Shown here: piece by piece, positions 51,651 to 60,943 of the stretch | Layout: each line of letters starts with the position of its first letter | Position numbering within the stretch: position 1 is the stretch's first letter | NCBI GenBank assembly: GCA_965215335.1 | Contig: CBDCDA010000001.1 | Coordinates: 1-64,000, forward strand | Reading direction: 5' to 3' | DNA from: an uncultured Candidatus Entotheonella sp. | GTDB lineage: Bacteria > Tectomicrobia > Entotheonellia > Entotheonellales > Entotheonellaceae | Length of the DNA: 64,000 nt | Translations under genes and position numbers: made by a program | Notes under the pieces: generated by a model | What the model saw: the letters and a program-made list of their open reading frames with translations, nothing else | Told to the model about the DNA's origin: nothing | The model's database searches: none

Positions 51651-52978
51651 GCTGGGTGCTCCTGATGCTGTTCCGTGAATTGGGTCAGCGCCGCCGCGGT
51701 GCTGGCCGAGGCCACCTCGCCGGGGTCCGTAATGTAGCCGGTAATCGCCGAGGCGGCGGCCACCGCCGGTGACGCCAGGTAGGTCTCGCCGCGCGTATCG
51801 CCGGTGCGCCCCTTGAAGTTGCGGTTGGAGGTGGACAGCATCCGCTCGCCCTCGCCGATGACGCCCATGTAGCCACCCAGGCAGGGGCCGCAGGTACCCT
51901 CGGCGACGGCAAAGCCGGCCATGGCGAAGATGCTGATCAGCCCTTCGTCCAGGGCCTGCATGTAAATGTTGTGACTGGCCGGGATGACGACCCCGCGCGT
52001 CCACTTGGCGAGCTGGTGGCCGTCGAGGATTTTGGCCGCGATGCGCAGGTCCTCGAGCTTGGCGTTGGTGCACGAACCGATGAACACCTGGTCAATGGCC
52101 ACTTTCTCCTGCATCGCCTGGCCCACCGGCTTGCAGTTGCTCGGCAGGTGCGGGAAGGCGACCTGCGGCTCCAGATTGGAGATGTCGAACTCGTGCACCG
52201 CGACGTAGGAGGCGTCGGCGTCCGCTTCCACGCCCTGGAAGTCGCGTTTCGCCCGCCCCGTCTCGTATGCCAGCGTTTTGTCGTCGCACGGGAAGATGGA
52301 GTTCTTGGCGCCGCCCTCGATGGCCATGTTGGCGATGGTCAGACGCCCTTCGACCGACAGGTGCCGTGTCCCCTCGCCATGGAATTCCTGTGCCTGGTAC
52401 AGGGCGCCGTCGTCGCCCAATTGACTGATGAGGAAGAGCACCACGTCCTTGCCGGAGACCCACGGGTTCTTCGGCACGCCGTTGAAGACGATCTTGATGG
52501 TCTCGGGCACGCGCAGCCACAATTCGCCCGTTGTCCAGGCGGCCGCCAGATCGGTGGAGCCGATGCCGGTGGCGAACGTGTTGACACCGCCGTAGGTGCA
52601 GCTATGGGAGTCGGCGCCAAGCACCAGGTCGCCGGGGACGACGTATCCCTCGTCCGGCAGCAGGGCGTGCTCGATGCCGCCCTGGCCGGCCTCGAAGTAA
52701 TGCTTGATGCCGTATTTGCGCGCGAAATCGCGGCACGTCTTGGCCATGGCGGCGGAGGCGATGTCCTTGGCCGGCACGAAGTGACTCATGACGATGAAGA
52801 CCTTGTCCGGGTCGGCGAACCGTGTGATGCCGTTGGCGTCGAGGATACGGACGGTCAGGGAGGTCGTGATATCATTGCCCATGATCACGTCGGCCTTGCC
52901 GACGACCATGTCGCCAGGGGCGACATGGGCCTTGCCGGAAGTCCGGGCGAGAATGTGTTCACTGCGAGTCATGCCCAT
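51593..52978 (-). CDS. leuC: 3-isopropylmalate dehydratase/homoaconitase large subunit
   Basis: GADSHSCTYG, FIGSCTN, CGPCLG, STSNRNFKGR, LASPA. Confidence 0.9.
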   Translation of the reverse strand: MGMTRSEHILARTSGKAHVAPGDMVVGKADVIMGNDITTSLTVRILDANGITRFADPDKVFIVMSHFVPAKDIASAAMAKTCRDFARKYGIKHYFEAGQGGIEHALLPDEGYVVPGDLVLGADSHSCTYGGVNTFATGIGSTDLAAAWTTGELWLRVPETIKIVFNGVPKNPWVSGKDVVLFLISQLGDDGALYQAQEFHGEGTRHLSVEGRLTIANMAIEGGAKNSIFPCDDKTLAYETGRAKRDFQGVEADADASYVAVHEFDISNLEPQVAFPHLPSNCKPVGQAMQEKVAIDQVFIGSCTNAKLEDLRIAAKILDGHQLAKWTRGVVIPASHNIYMQALDEGLISIFAMAGFAVAEGTCGPCLGGYMGVIGEGERMLSTSNRNFKGRTGDTRGETYLASPAVAAASAITGYITDPGEVASASTAAALTQFTEQHQEHPAWHSHSPRYTGTGGTSIPT

Positions 52979-53143
52979 GATGGTGTCCCCCGCTTACCCC
53001 GTTCAGGGGCAAGCCTTGGTTGGGTTGCGTGAGACGTCGTGTTGCGTGCCCGAATTGCGGCCCATGCGGGTACCGTCGGAGGGAGTGGCTATTGCACGCG
53101 ACTTTCGACGAATTGTCAAGCGGGGCAGCGAGGAGGGGCACGA

Positions 53144-54325
53144 TTGAGCCCTGCAGAATCAACAGCAACGGTCCGCCTGGGTGAGGGCACAGAGGTTGTT
53201 CAGTGCCACCTGCAGCACGTCGTGGTGGGGCGCGATTGCCGGTTGATTCATTCCGTCGTCACCGGCTGCGAGGGCAACCCCGTCGTGCTCGGCGACCGGG
53301 TGACGCTGATCAACTGTCATGTGCAGGCTTCCGGGCATCGCGGTGCTTTCGAGTTCGGTGGATGGGGCGTGGAGCGACGTTCGACCCGTCTGGGGGACGA
53401 CGTCCGGTTCAGCCATTCGCACCTGCTCGACACGCTGGTGGAAGCCGGCAGCCGCGGCATCCATGCCGCGCTGGACCATTGCCACGTCGGGCCTCGTAAC
53501 GACCTTCGCACCTTCACCCACATGACCCGCAGCCGCACGGTGGCGGATTGCCGGTTGGGTTCGGAAGTCAGCAAAACGCTCATCTTCGGCCCCGGGTTCG
53601 TGAGCGAGCACGCCAATTCCTATCTCAGCCTGCTGGCGCCTGCCGACTATCCCATCCTCACCGAAGACGGGCGCGAGGCGGTGCTGACGGGTCTGCCGAA
53701 CGTCACGAACATCGGCGCCGGCACCGTCTTTGCCAACTACGGCGGCGAGCCACTGCCCGCCCGCTCGGTTGAGCAAAGCCCCGGCAGCGCCAAGGGCACC
53801 GCGGTCGTCTACACGTCTTTTGTCTGCATCAACAGCCGGGTCATCAGCCGTTACGGCCAGCCGCAGGGTCAGCCCGGCCCCTTCGACCTCCTGCGTCGCC
53901 GCGACCTGACGATTCTGGGCTTTGGCAGTTTCGTGGAGAACAAAGTCACCGGCCGCATCCCCGCCTTTGCCTACGCCGGTGACCTGTCGCCCCGCTCCCA
54001 CCGGCTCGGCTGGGTGCTGGCCAAAAAGCCCGGCATCATTCTCAACGTCATCACCAAGATGCGCCGCCTGCTCGGTGACCAGTCCTGGCGCCTGCGCGAC
54101 CTCGTCGAAGGCACCTTGCGCCTCGAATGCCGGCTCCTCCAAGACGAACTCGCCGGCACCCGTCCCGGCTTCTACACACGCGAGCAACTGCAAAGTGGTC
54201 TGGCGATCCTGCACGCCCACCTGCAGGACCGCCGCTGGTCCATGACCGATGCGGGCACCTCCTGGCAGCACCGCTGGACTTTCGACGACCCCCATGAGCA
54301 GTGGGTCAGCGATGTTCAGACTTAG
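53144..54325 (+). CDS. Hypothetical protein with GlmU-like left-handed beta-helix
   Basis: RBS GAGGAGG plus TTG; hexapeptide-like repeats; SEVSKT..HANSYL..TNIGAGTVFANY resembles GlmU NIGAGTITCNY. Confidence 0.6.
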   Translation: MSPAESTATVRLGEGTEVVQCHLQHVVVGRDCRLIHSVVTGCEGNPVVLGDRVTLINCHVQASGHRGAFEFGGWGVERRSTRLGDDVRFSHSHLLDTLVEAGSRGIHAALDHCHVGPRNDLRTFTHMTRSRTVADCRLGSEVSKTLIFGPGFVSEHANSYLSLLAPADYPILTEDGREAVLTGLPNVTNIGAGTVFANYGGEPLPARSVEQSPGSAKGTAVVYTSFVCINSRVISRYGQPQGQPGPFDLLRRRDLTILGFGSFVENKVTGRIPAFAYAGDLSPRSHRLGWVLAKKPGIILNVITKMRRLLGDQSWRLRDLVEGTLRLECRLLQDELAGTRPGFYTREQLQSGLAILHAHLQDRRWSMTDAGTSWQHRWTFDDPHEQWVSDVQT

Positions 54326-54569
54326 GGCAACCGCACTCAGACCTCTTCAGGTGCGACAGCTGTTGTCGTGTTCGTATCGGGTTGCGCCAGCGAAGGCCGG
54401 GGAATCGACTGAAGTCCGAATCGCTCGAATGCACCTCTGCCTGATATTCCATGGCTAGAGCGGCGATATGGGCATCGGACACAAGTTGCCCGCCGGCACC
54501 TGCGGCTTCGAGATTGTGCTGCAGATACGTCAGGTGCTCGGTGCCAGGGTCAAGGGGGGGCAACGTCAT
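54306..54569 (-). pseudogene. C-terminal fragment of a PIN-domain (VapC) toxin
   Basis: LVSDAHIAALAMEY..HSSDSDFSRFPGLRWRNP; N-terminal D-x-N motif and antitoxin missing. Confidence 0.75.
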
Positions 54570-54625
54570 GATGCGATGCTATCGGGATTTCAAGGCATCA
54601 TGATGATTTGATGAATTGACGTCAA
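54566..54625 (-). promoter_or_regulatory. Probable TA-operon promoter with inverted-repeat operator
   Basis: Minus strand TTGACG-N17-CATGAT; IR TCATGATGC (54566-74) / GCATCATGA (54595-603). Confidence 0.5.
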
Positions 54626-54708
54626 GATGTCTCAAGCCGTCACCCGCCGCAATACCCGTACGCGTTCTCCGTTCGGTCATGAATCCAACTCTGATCAGCC
54701 CGCCAGTG

Positions 54709-56838
54709 TCATACCGCTTGTGAAGCGTACAAGGGCAGGGCGTCTGATGCCTCGTCCCGGCTCACCTGCACCAACGTGTCGTGCCAGTCGCCGCCGCCGC
54801 CGAGGTCGCTGAGGCCATCGGCGGTGAGGGTATTGGCGAGGGCATCAGACGGAGCGTAATCCTTCCACCAGCCGAAGGGGACGGCAACGACGCCGGGGCG
54901 CACCCGGTCGCCGACGCGGGCGCGGAGTTTGATGGCGCCGCGGTCGTTGAAGACGCGCACGGGGTCGCCGTTGGTGATGCCGCGTGACTCGGCATCGACG
55001 GGGTGGATGTCGAGCCTGGATTCGGGCTCGGCGCGTCGGTGGCGCGGCAGGTTGGCGTAGCTTGAATTGAGGAAGTGAAGGGGCGTCTTGGGCGTCATCA
55101 GCAGCAATGGGAAGCGGGCGGCCAGCGCCGCATCGCCGGCGGGGCTTTCGTTGGCGGGCTCGAATGTCGGCAGCGGGTCCAGCCCGAGGGCTTCCAGGTG
55201 CTCGGCGTAGAACTCGCACTTGCCGGAGGGCGTGGGGAAGCCGCCGTCGGCGAATGGCCGCCAGTCGCTCGGCAGGTTGAGGGGCGCCCAGCCGTGTTCC
55301 CACAGGCGCTCGAAGGTGACGCCGTCCAGGTAGGGATGGTCGCTGTCCAGGGCCGTGTGGACGAGGCTCTCGTCGGATTCGTACAAGTCCGGCTCCCGGA
55401 GACCGAGGGCGGCGGCCAGGCGGCGAAAGAATTCGGTGTTCGGCACTGCCTCGCCGAGCGGCGCGATGGCGGGCCGGTTCAGGGTGACGTAGGTGTGGCC
55501 CCACGACCACAGCAGGTCGAGGTGCTCGACTTGCGTGGTGGCGGGAAAGACGTAATCGGCATAGCGCGCGGTGTCGGTCAGGAATTGCTCGTGGACGACC
55601 GTGAACAGGTCCTCTCGGGCCAGGCCGGTGCGCACCCGGTTCAGATTGGGCGCGATGACCGCCGGATTGCTGTTGTAGACGATGAGGGCGTGAATGGGCG
55701 GTTCCATGACTTCGTTGGTGAGCGCCTCGCCCAACTGCACCATGTTGACGGACCGGATGCTGCGGTCTGCAAGCGTGCGTTTTTCGACGCCGGCGACGTT
55801 CAGCGCCTGGTAATGGGGCTTGGCAGTGAAATCCACAATGCCACCGCCGCGATGCCGCCAGGCGCCGACCAGGGCCGGCAGGCAGGCGATGGTGCGAAAG
55901 GCCATGGCGCCGTGGGCGTGATGCTCCATGCCGACCAGCACCCGGATGGCCGACGGCTGGGTTTCGGCATAGGCGCGCGCCAGCCGCACGACCTCGTCGG
56001 CCTGCAGGCCGGTGATGGCGGCGGCACGCTCCGGCGGGTAATCGTCAAGCCGCTCGCGTAAACGGTCGAAGCCCAGGGTGTGCCGCTCGACGTACTCCTT
56101 GTCGTGCCGGTCTTCGTTCACGATGACGTGCATCATGCCCAGGGCCAGGGCGGCGTCCGTGCCCGGCAGGGGGCGCAGGTGCCAATCGGCTTGCGCCGTG
56201 GTCCGCGTCCTGAGCGGATCGATCGCCATCACGGTGGCGCCGGCGGCCCTGGCTTGGCGGATGAACGGCCACAGGTGCAGATTCGTCACCACCGTATTGG
56301 TGCCCCACAGGATGATGAAGCGGCTGTGCGCGATATCCTCGGGTAGCATGCCGGTAGTGGTGCCGAGGGTGGCCACGATGCCGTGGCCTGCGGTACTGGC
56401 GCAGATGTTGCGCTCCAGGCGGGTGGCGCCGAGGCGCGCGAAAAAGCGTCGATCCAGCGAACTGGTCTGGACGATGCCTTGCGTGCCCATGTAGCTGTAG
56501 GGCAGGACGGTGGCGGCGCCGTGCTGGTCGATGAGGCGGCGCAGGCGCGCGGCGACGTCGGCGATGGCCTCGTCCCAGCCGACGCGCTCGAATTGGCTGT
56601 TGCCTTTGGTGCCGACGCGCCGCAGCGGGTGGAGTACGCGGTCCGGGCTGTAGACGCGGTCCAGGTAGTGATCGACCTTGGCGCACAGGACGCCGCGCGT
56701 GAAGGGTTGCAGCTTGTCGCCGACCAGTTCGACGGCCGTGCCGTCTTCAACCTTGACCTGCCAGCTGCAGCGGTCGGGGCAGTCGTGCGGACAGGCGCCG
56801 GGTACCCAGGTTGGCGCAGTGTTTGAGAGGGTCGGCAT
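54709..56838 (-). CDS. Molybdopterin (bis-MGD) oxidoreductase family protein
   Basis: ACPHDCPDRC, LCAKV, PGTDAALA, TDTARYAD, FPTPSGK, HFLNS. Confidence 0.92.
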   Translation of the reverse strand: MPTLSNTAPTWVPGACPHDCPDRCSWQVKVEDGTAVELVGDKLQPFTRGVLCAKVDHYLDRVYSPDRVLHPLRRVGTKGNSQFERVGWDEAIADVAARLRRLIDQHGAATVLPYSYMGTQGIVQTSSLDRRFFARLGATRLERNICASTAGHGIVATLGTTTGMLPEDIAHSRFIILWGTNTVVTNLHLWPFIRQARAAGATVMAIDPLRTRTTAQADWHLRPLPGTDAALALGMMHVIVNEDRHDKEYVERHTLGFDRLRERLDDYPPERAAAITGLQADEVVRLARAYAETQPSAIRVLVGMEHHAHGAMAFRTIACLPALVGAWRHRGGGIVDFTAKPHYQALNVAGVEKRTLADRSIRSVNMVQLGEALTNEVMEPPIHALIVYNSNPAVIAPNLNRVRTGLAREDLFTVVHEQFLTDTARYADYVFPATTQVEHLDLLWSWGHTYVTLNRPAIAPLGEAVPNTEFFRRLAAALGLREPDLYESDESLVHTALDSDHPYLDGVTFERLWEHGWAPLNLPSDWRPFADGGFPTPSGKCEFYAEHLEALGLDPLPTFEPANESPAGDAALAARFPLLLMTPKTPLHFLNSSYANLPRHRRAEPESRLDIHPVDAESRGITNGDPVRVFNDRGAIKLRARVGDRVRPGVVAVPFGWWKDYAPSDALANTLTADGLSDLGGGGDWHDTLVQVSRDEASDALPLYASQAV

Positions 56839-57007
56839 GGAGGTTTCTCCTTGGCGGCATGTTACTGTGGGAACTGAGGAATCGTCGGGCCACGCTGCGC
56901 CAAACCCGGCCTGCGTAAGGTGGGGCAGCGATTGACGCTGCCGAGCCTCGTCCGTATGATGGCAACTTCGCATTCACGTTCAAGCCCATTATAAGGAAGG
57001 AAGCCTC

Positions 57008-57295
57008 ATGGCGGCCTACGTTGTTGCGCAAGTCAAGATTACCGATCCCGACACCTTTGCCAAGTACAGCCAGCAGGTTCCGGCGGTGGTGGAACGGTTT
57101 GGCGGCAAGTATCTGGTGCGGGGCGGCAAGATGGAAACCCTGGAGGGTGAGTGGGACGCCGGCCGGCTCGTGGTGCTGGAATTTCCGTCGATGGACCACG
57201 TGCAGCGGTTTTATAACTCGCCCGAATACGCGCCGCTGATCAAGCTCCGCCAGCAGTCCGCCGACACGATCATGAGCACCGTTGAAGGGGTGTAA
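57008..57295 (+). CDS. DUF1330 family protein
   Basis: FGGKYLVRGG..LEG.W..VVLEFPS..YNSPEY. Confidence 0.92.
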   Translation: MAAYVVAQVKITDPDTFAKYSQQVPAVVERFGGKYLVRGGKMETLEGEWDAGRLVVLEFPSMDHVQRFYNSPEYAPLIKLRQQSADTIMSTVEGV

Positions 57296-57388
57296 GCCCT
57301 TCAGGCATTCCGCCGCCGCTCCCATTTCCACCCTGAAGCCCCCGCCTCCCCGCCTGAGTCGAGCCGTTCAAGCGGGGGCGGCACCTTC

Positions 57389-58141
57389 CTATGATAGCCG
57401 TGCCAGGGACTCCTGCACGGTTGGCCGTTGCCCCGCCTCGACATCCGCTCTGCGGCGTTCGTGAAACACCGTGAGGATCGTATTGGCGTTCGCCAGAATG
57501 CCGATTTCCTTGCAGTAGGCGTCCAGCTTGTCCGCCGGCAGCGCCCACAGGGCGACGTCGTCGGACATGGCGTCCAGGTAGGCGCGGGCGCCGCAGCAGC
57601 CCAGGCTCATTGCCGCGCGTCCCTGATTGACCACCTGCGGCACCACGGCGCACGCCGGGCGGCCCATGGCGGCCGGCACGCCCTCGTCAACCCGCGCCAC
57701 CGCCTCACTGAGGATCAACCCCTGCTGCGCGTGCGCGAACAGCAGCACGATTTCCGCGGTCAGCGGGAAGTCCGCCAACGGCCCATAGACAGCGTGCTGC
57801 GCCTCGCGTTGCAACACCGGTATCGCCGCCACCTCCTCGGCGCGCACGTAATCCAGCCCGCTCATGGCCTGCAAGGCTTCCTGCAACTCGCCAGCCTGCG
57901 CCGCCGGCGCCGGCGTCAGGTGATGCGTGTGGATGCCGATCGAGCACAGGGCATGGTCCGACGCCGAGGTGGCAAAGGTGCGCATCGCCGCTTCCTGCCA
58001 AAAACTGCACCCTGCCGGCACCGTGCCGTCGAAGGCCGGCACGCCTGCGGGCGCGGCGTCACTGAACGTCACGGCGATGGGCGGCAGGGATAGTTTCAGC
58101 GAGGTTGTCAACTGGTCGGCAAGCTCCGAGTATGTATTCAA
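57389..58141 (-). CDS. DUF169 family protein
   Basis: PIAVTF, CSFWQEA, CSIG, GRPACA, SLGCCGAR; RBS AAGGAG before TTG 58141. Confidence 0.8.
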   Translation of the reverse strand: MNTYSELADQLTTSLKLSLPPIAVTFSDAAPAGVPAFDGTVPAGCSFWQEAAMRTFATSASDHALCSIGIHTHHLTPAPAAQAGELQEALQAMSGLDYVRAEEVAAIPVLQREAQHAVYGPLADFPLTAEIVLLFAHAQQGLILSEAVARVDEGVPAAMGRPACAVVPQVVNQGRAAMSLGCCGARAYLDAMSDDVALWALPADKLDAYCKEIGILANANTILTVFHERRRADVEAGQRPTVQESLARLS

Positions 58142-58233
58142 TGGTCGTTCTCCTTTTGTTGGCATTTGGCACAGGATAGCCGCTATGCTTCAGCCGCCTC
58201 CGGCATGGGGTTACAAGCTCCATGGGGGCAAGT

Positions 58234-58343
58234 TCAGTGTTTGGTTTTGCGTTTGCGTGCCCTGTGGTCGACGAGCATCGTATACACGACGCCAAGCACC
58301 GCGACGCCGCAAAAGATGTAAGCGATGAGTCCAGGTCACTCAT
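58234..58343 (-). pseudogene. Tiny membrane peptide, one-base frameshift
   Basis: Adding one G gives MSDLGLIAYIFCGVAVLGVVYTMLVDHRARKRKTKH; start overlaps the upstream ORF. Confidence 0.4.
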
Positions 58344-58524
58344 GGTGCTGCCTTCTTGCGAGCCAATACGAAATGCAGAAAAGGCCAACAGCACCAGCCA
58401 GTGCGACCTGCATGCCCGGTACGGACAATTTGCCCGTCGCAAAGGCGACGGGCGCAGCGACCGCCGAGCCTTGGGCCATGTTGCCAAGAGCTTTTGACAA
58501 ATGGTCATGCTGCGCCTCGTTCAT
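58336..58524 (-). CDS. Small two-TM hypothetical protein
   Basis: MNEAQHDHLSKALGNMAQGSAVAAPVAFATG..AVGLFCISYWLARR. Confidence 0.45.
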   Translation of the reverse strand: MNEAQHDHLSKALGNMAQGSAVAAPVAFATGKLSVPGMQVALAGAVGLFCISYWLARRQHHE

Positions 58525-58668
58525 CTCGTGTCTTCTTGTACAAGGCAACAACTCAGTGAGAGAAGTACACCTGATCCAATGGGCAGGCGTCAATGGTAAA
58601 GTCACCATTGTTTGGTCATCGGAATCGCCATGACCGAGGGGAAACGATGGGGGAAGGGAGGTCGGAAG

Positions 58669-59691
58669 ATGGAACAGGCAACGTACTCGGTAGTCAACAA
58701 AACGGTCGATGGGTTTCAGGTTTACGCCTTGCAGGAAGATCGGAAGGCCGTCGCTGAAATGGCCCCCGGCCTTGGCAATAACTGCTATGCCTTCCGGGTG
58801 GCGGATACGGGGTCCGGCCCCGATGGAAGCACTTGGCTGGACCTGATCGATGCGCCCTCTAATTTGAGAACGTTGCAAGAACGTCCCGATATTTACGGTA
58901 TTCCGATTCTGTTTCCCTTCCCGAACCGCATCCGAGGCGGCACGTGGCGCTTTGAGGGAGAAACCTACCAGTTTGACAAGCCGCCCGGATCGCCAACCTC
59001 GATCCACGGTCTGCTGCTGAATCGACCCTACCAGGTGGAAAGCCACGCAGCGGACGAAAACGGCGCGACGCTGGTGTGTACTCTCGATTCGCGTGAGTTC
59101 GCGGATATCGGCCGCCAGTATCCATTCCCGTTCAGAATCGGAATCACCTATACGCTCAAAGACGCTGCGTTGTCGATGCGCGTTTCGGTTCAAAATGCCA
59201 GCGACCGGAACATGCCGATGGGGTTCGGCATTCACCCCTATTTTCGTGTTGGTCTGTCGCCCGACGCGAACGCTGCCGCGGCGCTGATCAAAGTCCCTGC
59301 CGCATCGTACTGGAAACTCGACGCGGATTCGGTGCCGACGGGCGAACGACACGCAGCCGCCGGCGTCCTGGACCTGCGAGACGGCAAGCCGTTCGCGGGA
59401 TTGACCCTCGACCACGTGTTTACGGACGTTCAGATGGAAGCGGATGGGGTCAGTCGGTGTGTCATCGAGAACCGGGATACCGGGCACGGCATGGTGATGG
59501 CATCGGAGTGGCCATTCCGGGAACTGGTCGTCTACACGCCGCCGGGCAGGGACGTGGTCTGTTTCGAGCCCTACACCTGCCCAACGGACGCCATCAATCT
59601 GGAGGCGAAAGGCATCCCCGCAGGCGTGATTGCCTTGGCACCGGATGAAACGTTTTCGGCGACTGTTCGCATCGTGCCTATTCTTCCATAG
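58669..59691 (+). CDS. Aldose 1-epimerase family protein
   Basis: GIPILFPFPNRI, IHGL, YPFPF, GFGIHPYF, LDHVF, CFEPYT. Confidence 0.92.
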   Translation: MEQATYSVVNKTVDGFQVYALQEDRKAVAEMAPGLGNNCYAFRVADTGSGPDGSTWLDLIDAPSNLRTLQERPDIYGIPILFPFPNRIRGGTWRFEGETYQFDKPPGSPTSIHGLLLNRPYQVESHAADENGATLVCTLDSREFADIGRQYPFPFRIGITYTLKDAALSMRVSVQNASDRNMPMGFGIHPYFRVGLSPDANAAAALIKVPAASYWKLDADSVPTGERHAAAGVLDLRDGKPFAGLTLDHVFTDVQMEADGVSRCVIENRDTGHGMVMASEWPFRELVVYTPPGRDVVCFEPYTCPTDAINLEAKGIPAGVIALAPDETFSATVRIVPILP

Positions 59692-59865
59692 CTCACCAAC
59701 CTGATCTGCAACGGTGGGTAGATTTCAGAGTGAGGAGGCGCTTTCGATGAGTGGTGAGGCATGGAAAGAGACGTTTATGGAACAAAAGGTCAGCCATGTG
59801 CTTGAGCGACAGGGGAGGGTCGTCATCGTCGAACACGTACCTGCCGGAGTATGCGCAGAAACCGG
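59688..59865 (+). pseudogene. Remnant DUF4258 toxin C-terminus plus truncated YgiT-type zinc-finger antitoxin
   Basis: PDLQRWVDFRVRRR* overlapping ATG 59747 of ..VIVEHVPAGVCAETG, cut by an IS end. Confidence 0.55.
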
Positions 59866-60943
59866 AGCCTTTTGCAAAATGGACAAGCGCGCCAGGATTA
59901 TTGATAGAAAGAAGCCGGAAAAGGGCTGATCGTACTGGGACAAGGCCGTCTCTCCTTCGTATCATGGGGTCTTCGACCCCCCACATGACAAGGAGAGAGC
60001 AACCATGTCCCTACGTGCCATCCTATCGAATTATGGGTTCATCTTCCAACGAGAGCTTTTCCCTGCACTCAAAGAAGAACTGGGTCCCTTGGGGGACCGC
60101 TACTCGTCCTTGATCACCGTGCTTGAGTTCGTACAGATTGAGAGACTGCTGCCGTATGTCCGGGGCCTGCCGGGACGTCCGCAGGAAGACCGGGCAACGC
60201 TGGCGCGGGCGTTCATGGCCAAGGCGTTGTTCGCTATTCCAACCACCCGGGCGCTTGTCGAACGGCTTGCCATCGACCGCCCGCTGCGTCGTCTGTGTGG
60301 CTGGACCACACCTGGCGAGGTGCCCAGCGAGGCGACGTTCTCGCGTGCCTTTGGCGCCTTCGCCGACAGCGCCTTGCCGAGCCGCCTGCACGAGGCGCTG
60401 ATCAACAACACCCTGCAGGACCGTCTCGTCGGTCACGTCTCGCGTGATTCGACGGCCATCGAGGGGCGTGAGAAACCAACGCCGAAGAAGAAATTGGCCA
60501 AGCCCAAGCGGGGCGCGGTCGTCCACGCAAGGGTGAGGAACGACCGAAGCAACCTCGCCGACTGCAACGCCAGCCGTTGATGACCCTGAGCGAGATGCTC
60601 GCCGACCTGCCACGCGACCCTGACGTCGGCGTCAAGCAAAACGCCAAGGGACACCATGAATCCTGGGTCGGCTACAAGTTGCATGTCGATGTGGCGGACG
60701 GTGGGATTCCGATCAGTTGTCTGCTGACCTCGGCCTCCCTGCATGACAGCCAGGCAGCGATTCCCTTGGCTACCCTGACGGCGGTGCGGGTCACCAATCT
60801 GTACGACCTGATGGACTCGGCCCATGATGCGCCCGAAATCAGGACCTGCAGCGCGTCACTCGGGCACGTAGCGATCATTGACGTCAATCCCCGCTGCGTC
60901 GCGCGCAAGCTGGCCTTGAAAACGGAGGCACGGGCGCAGGTAA

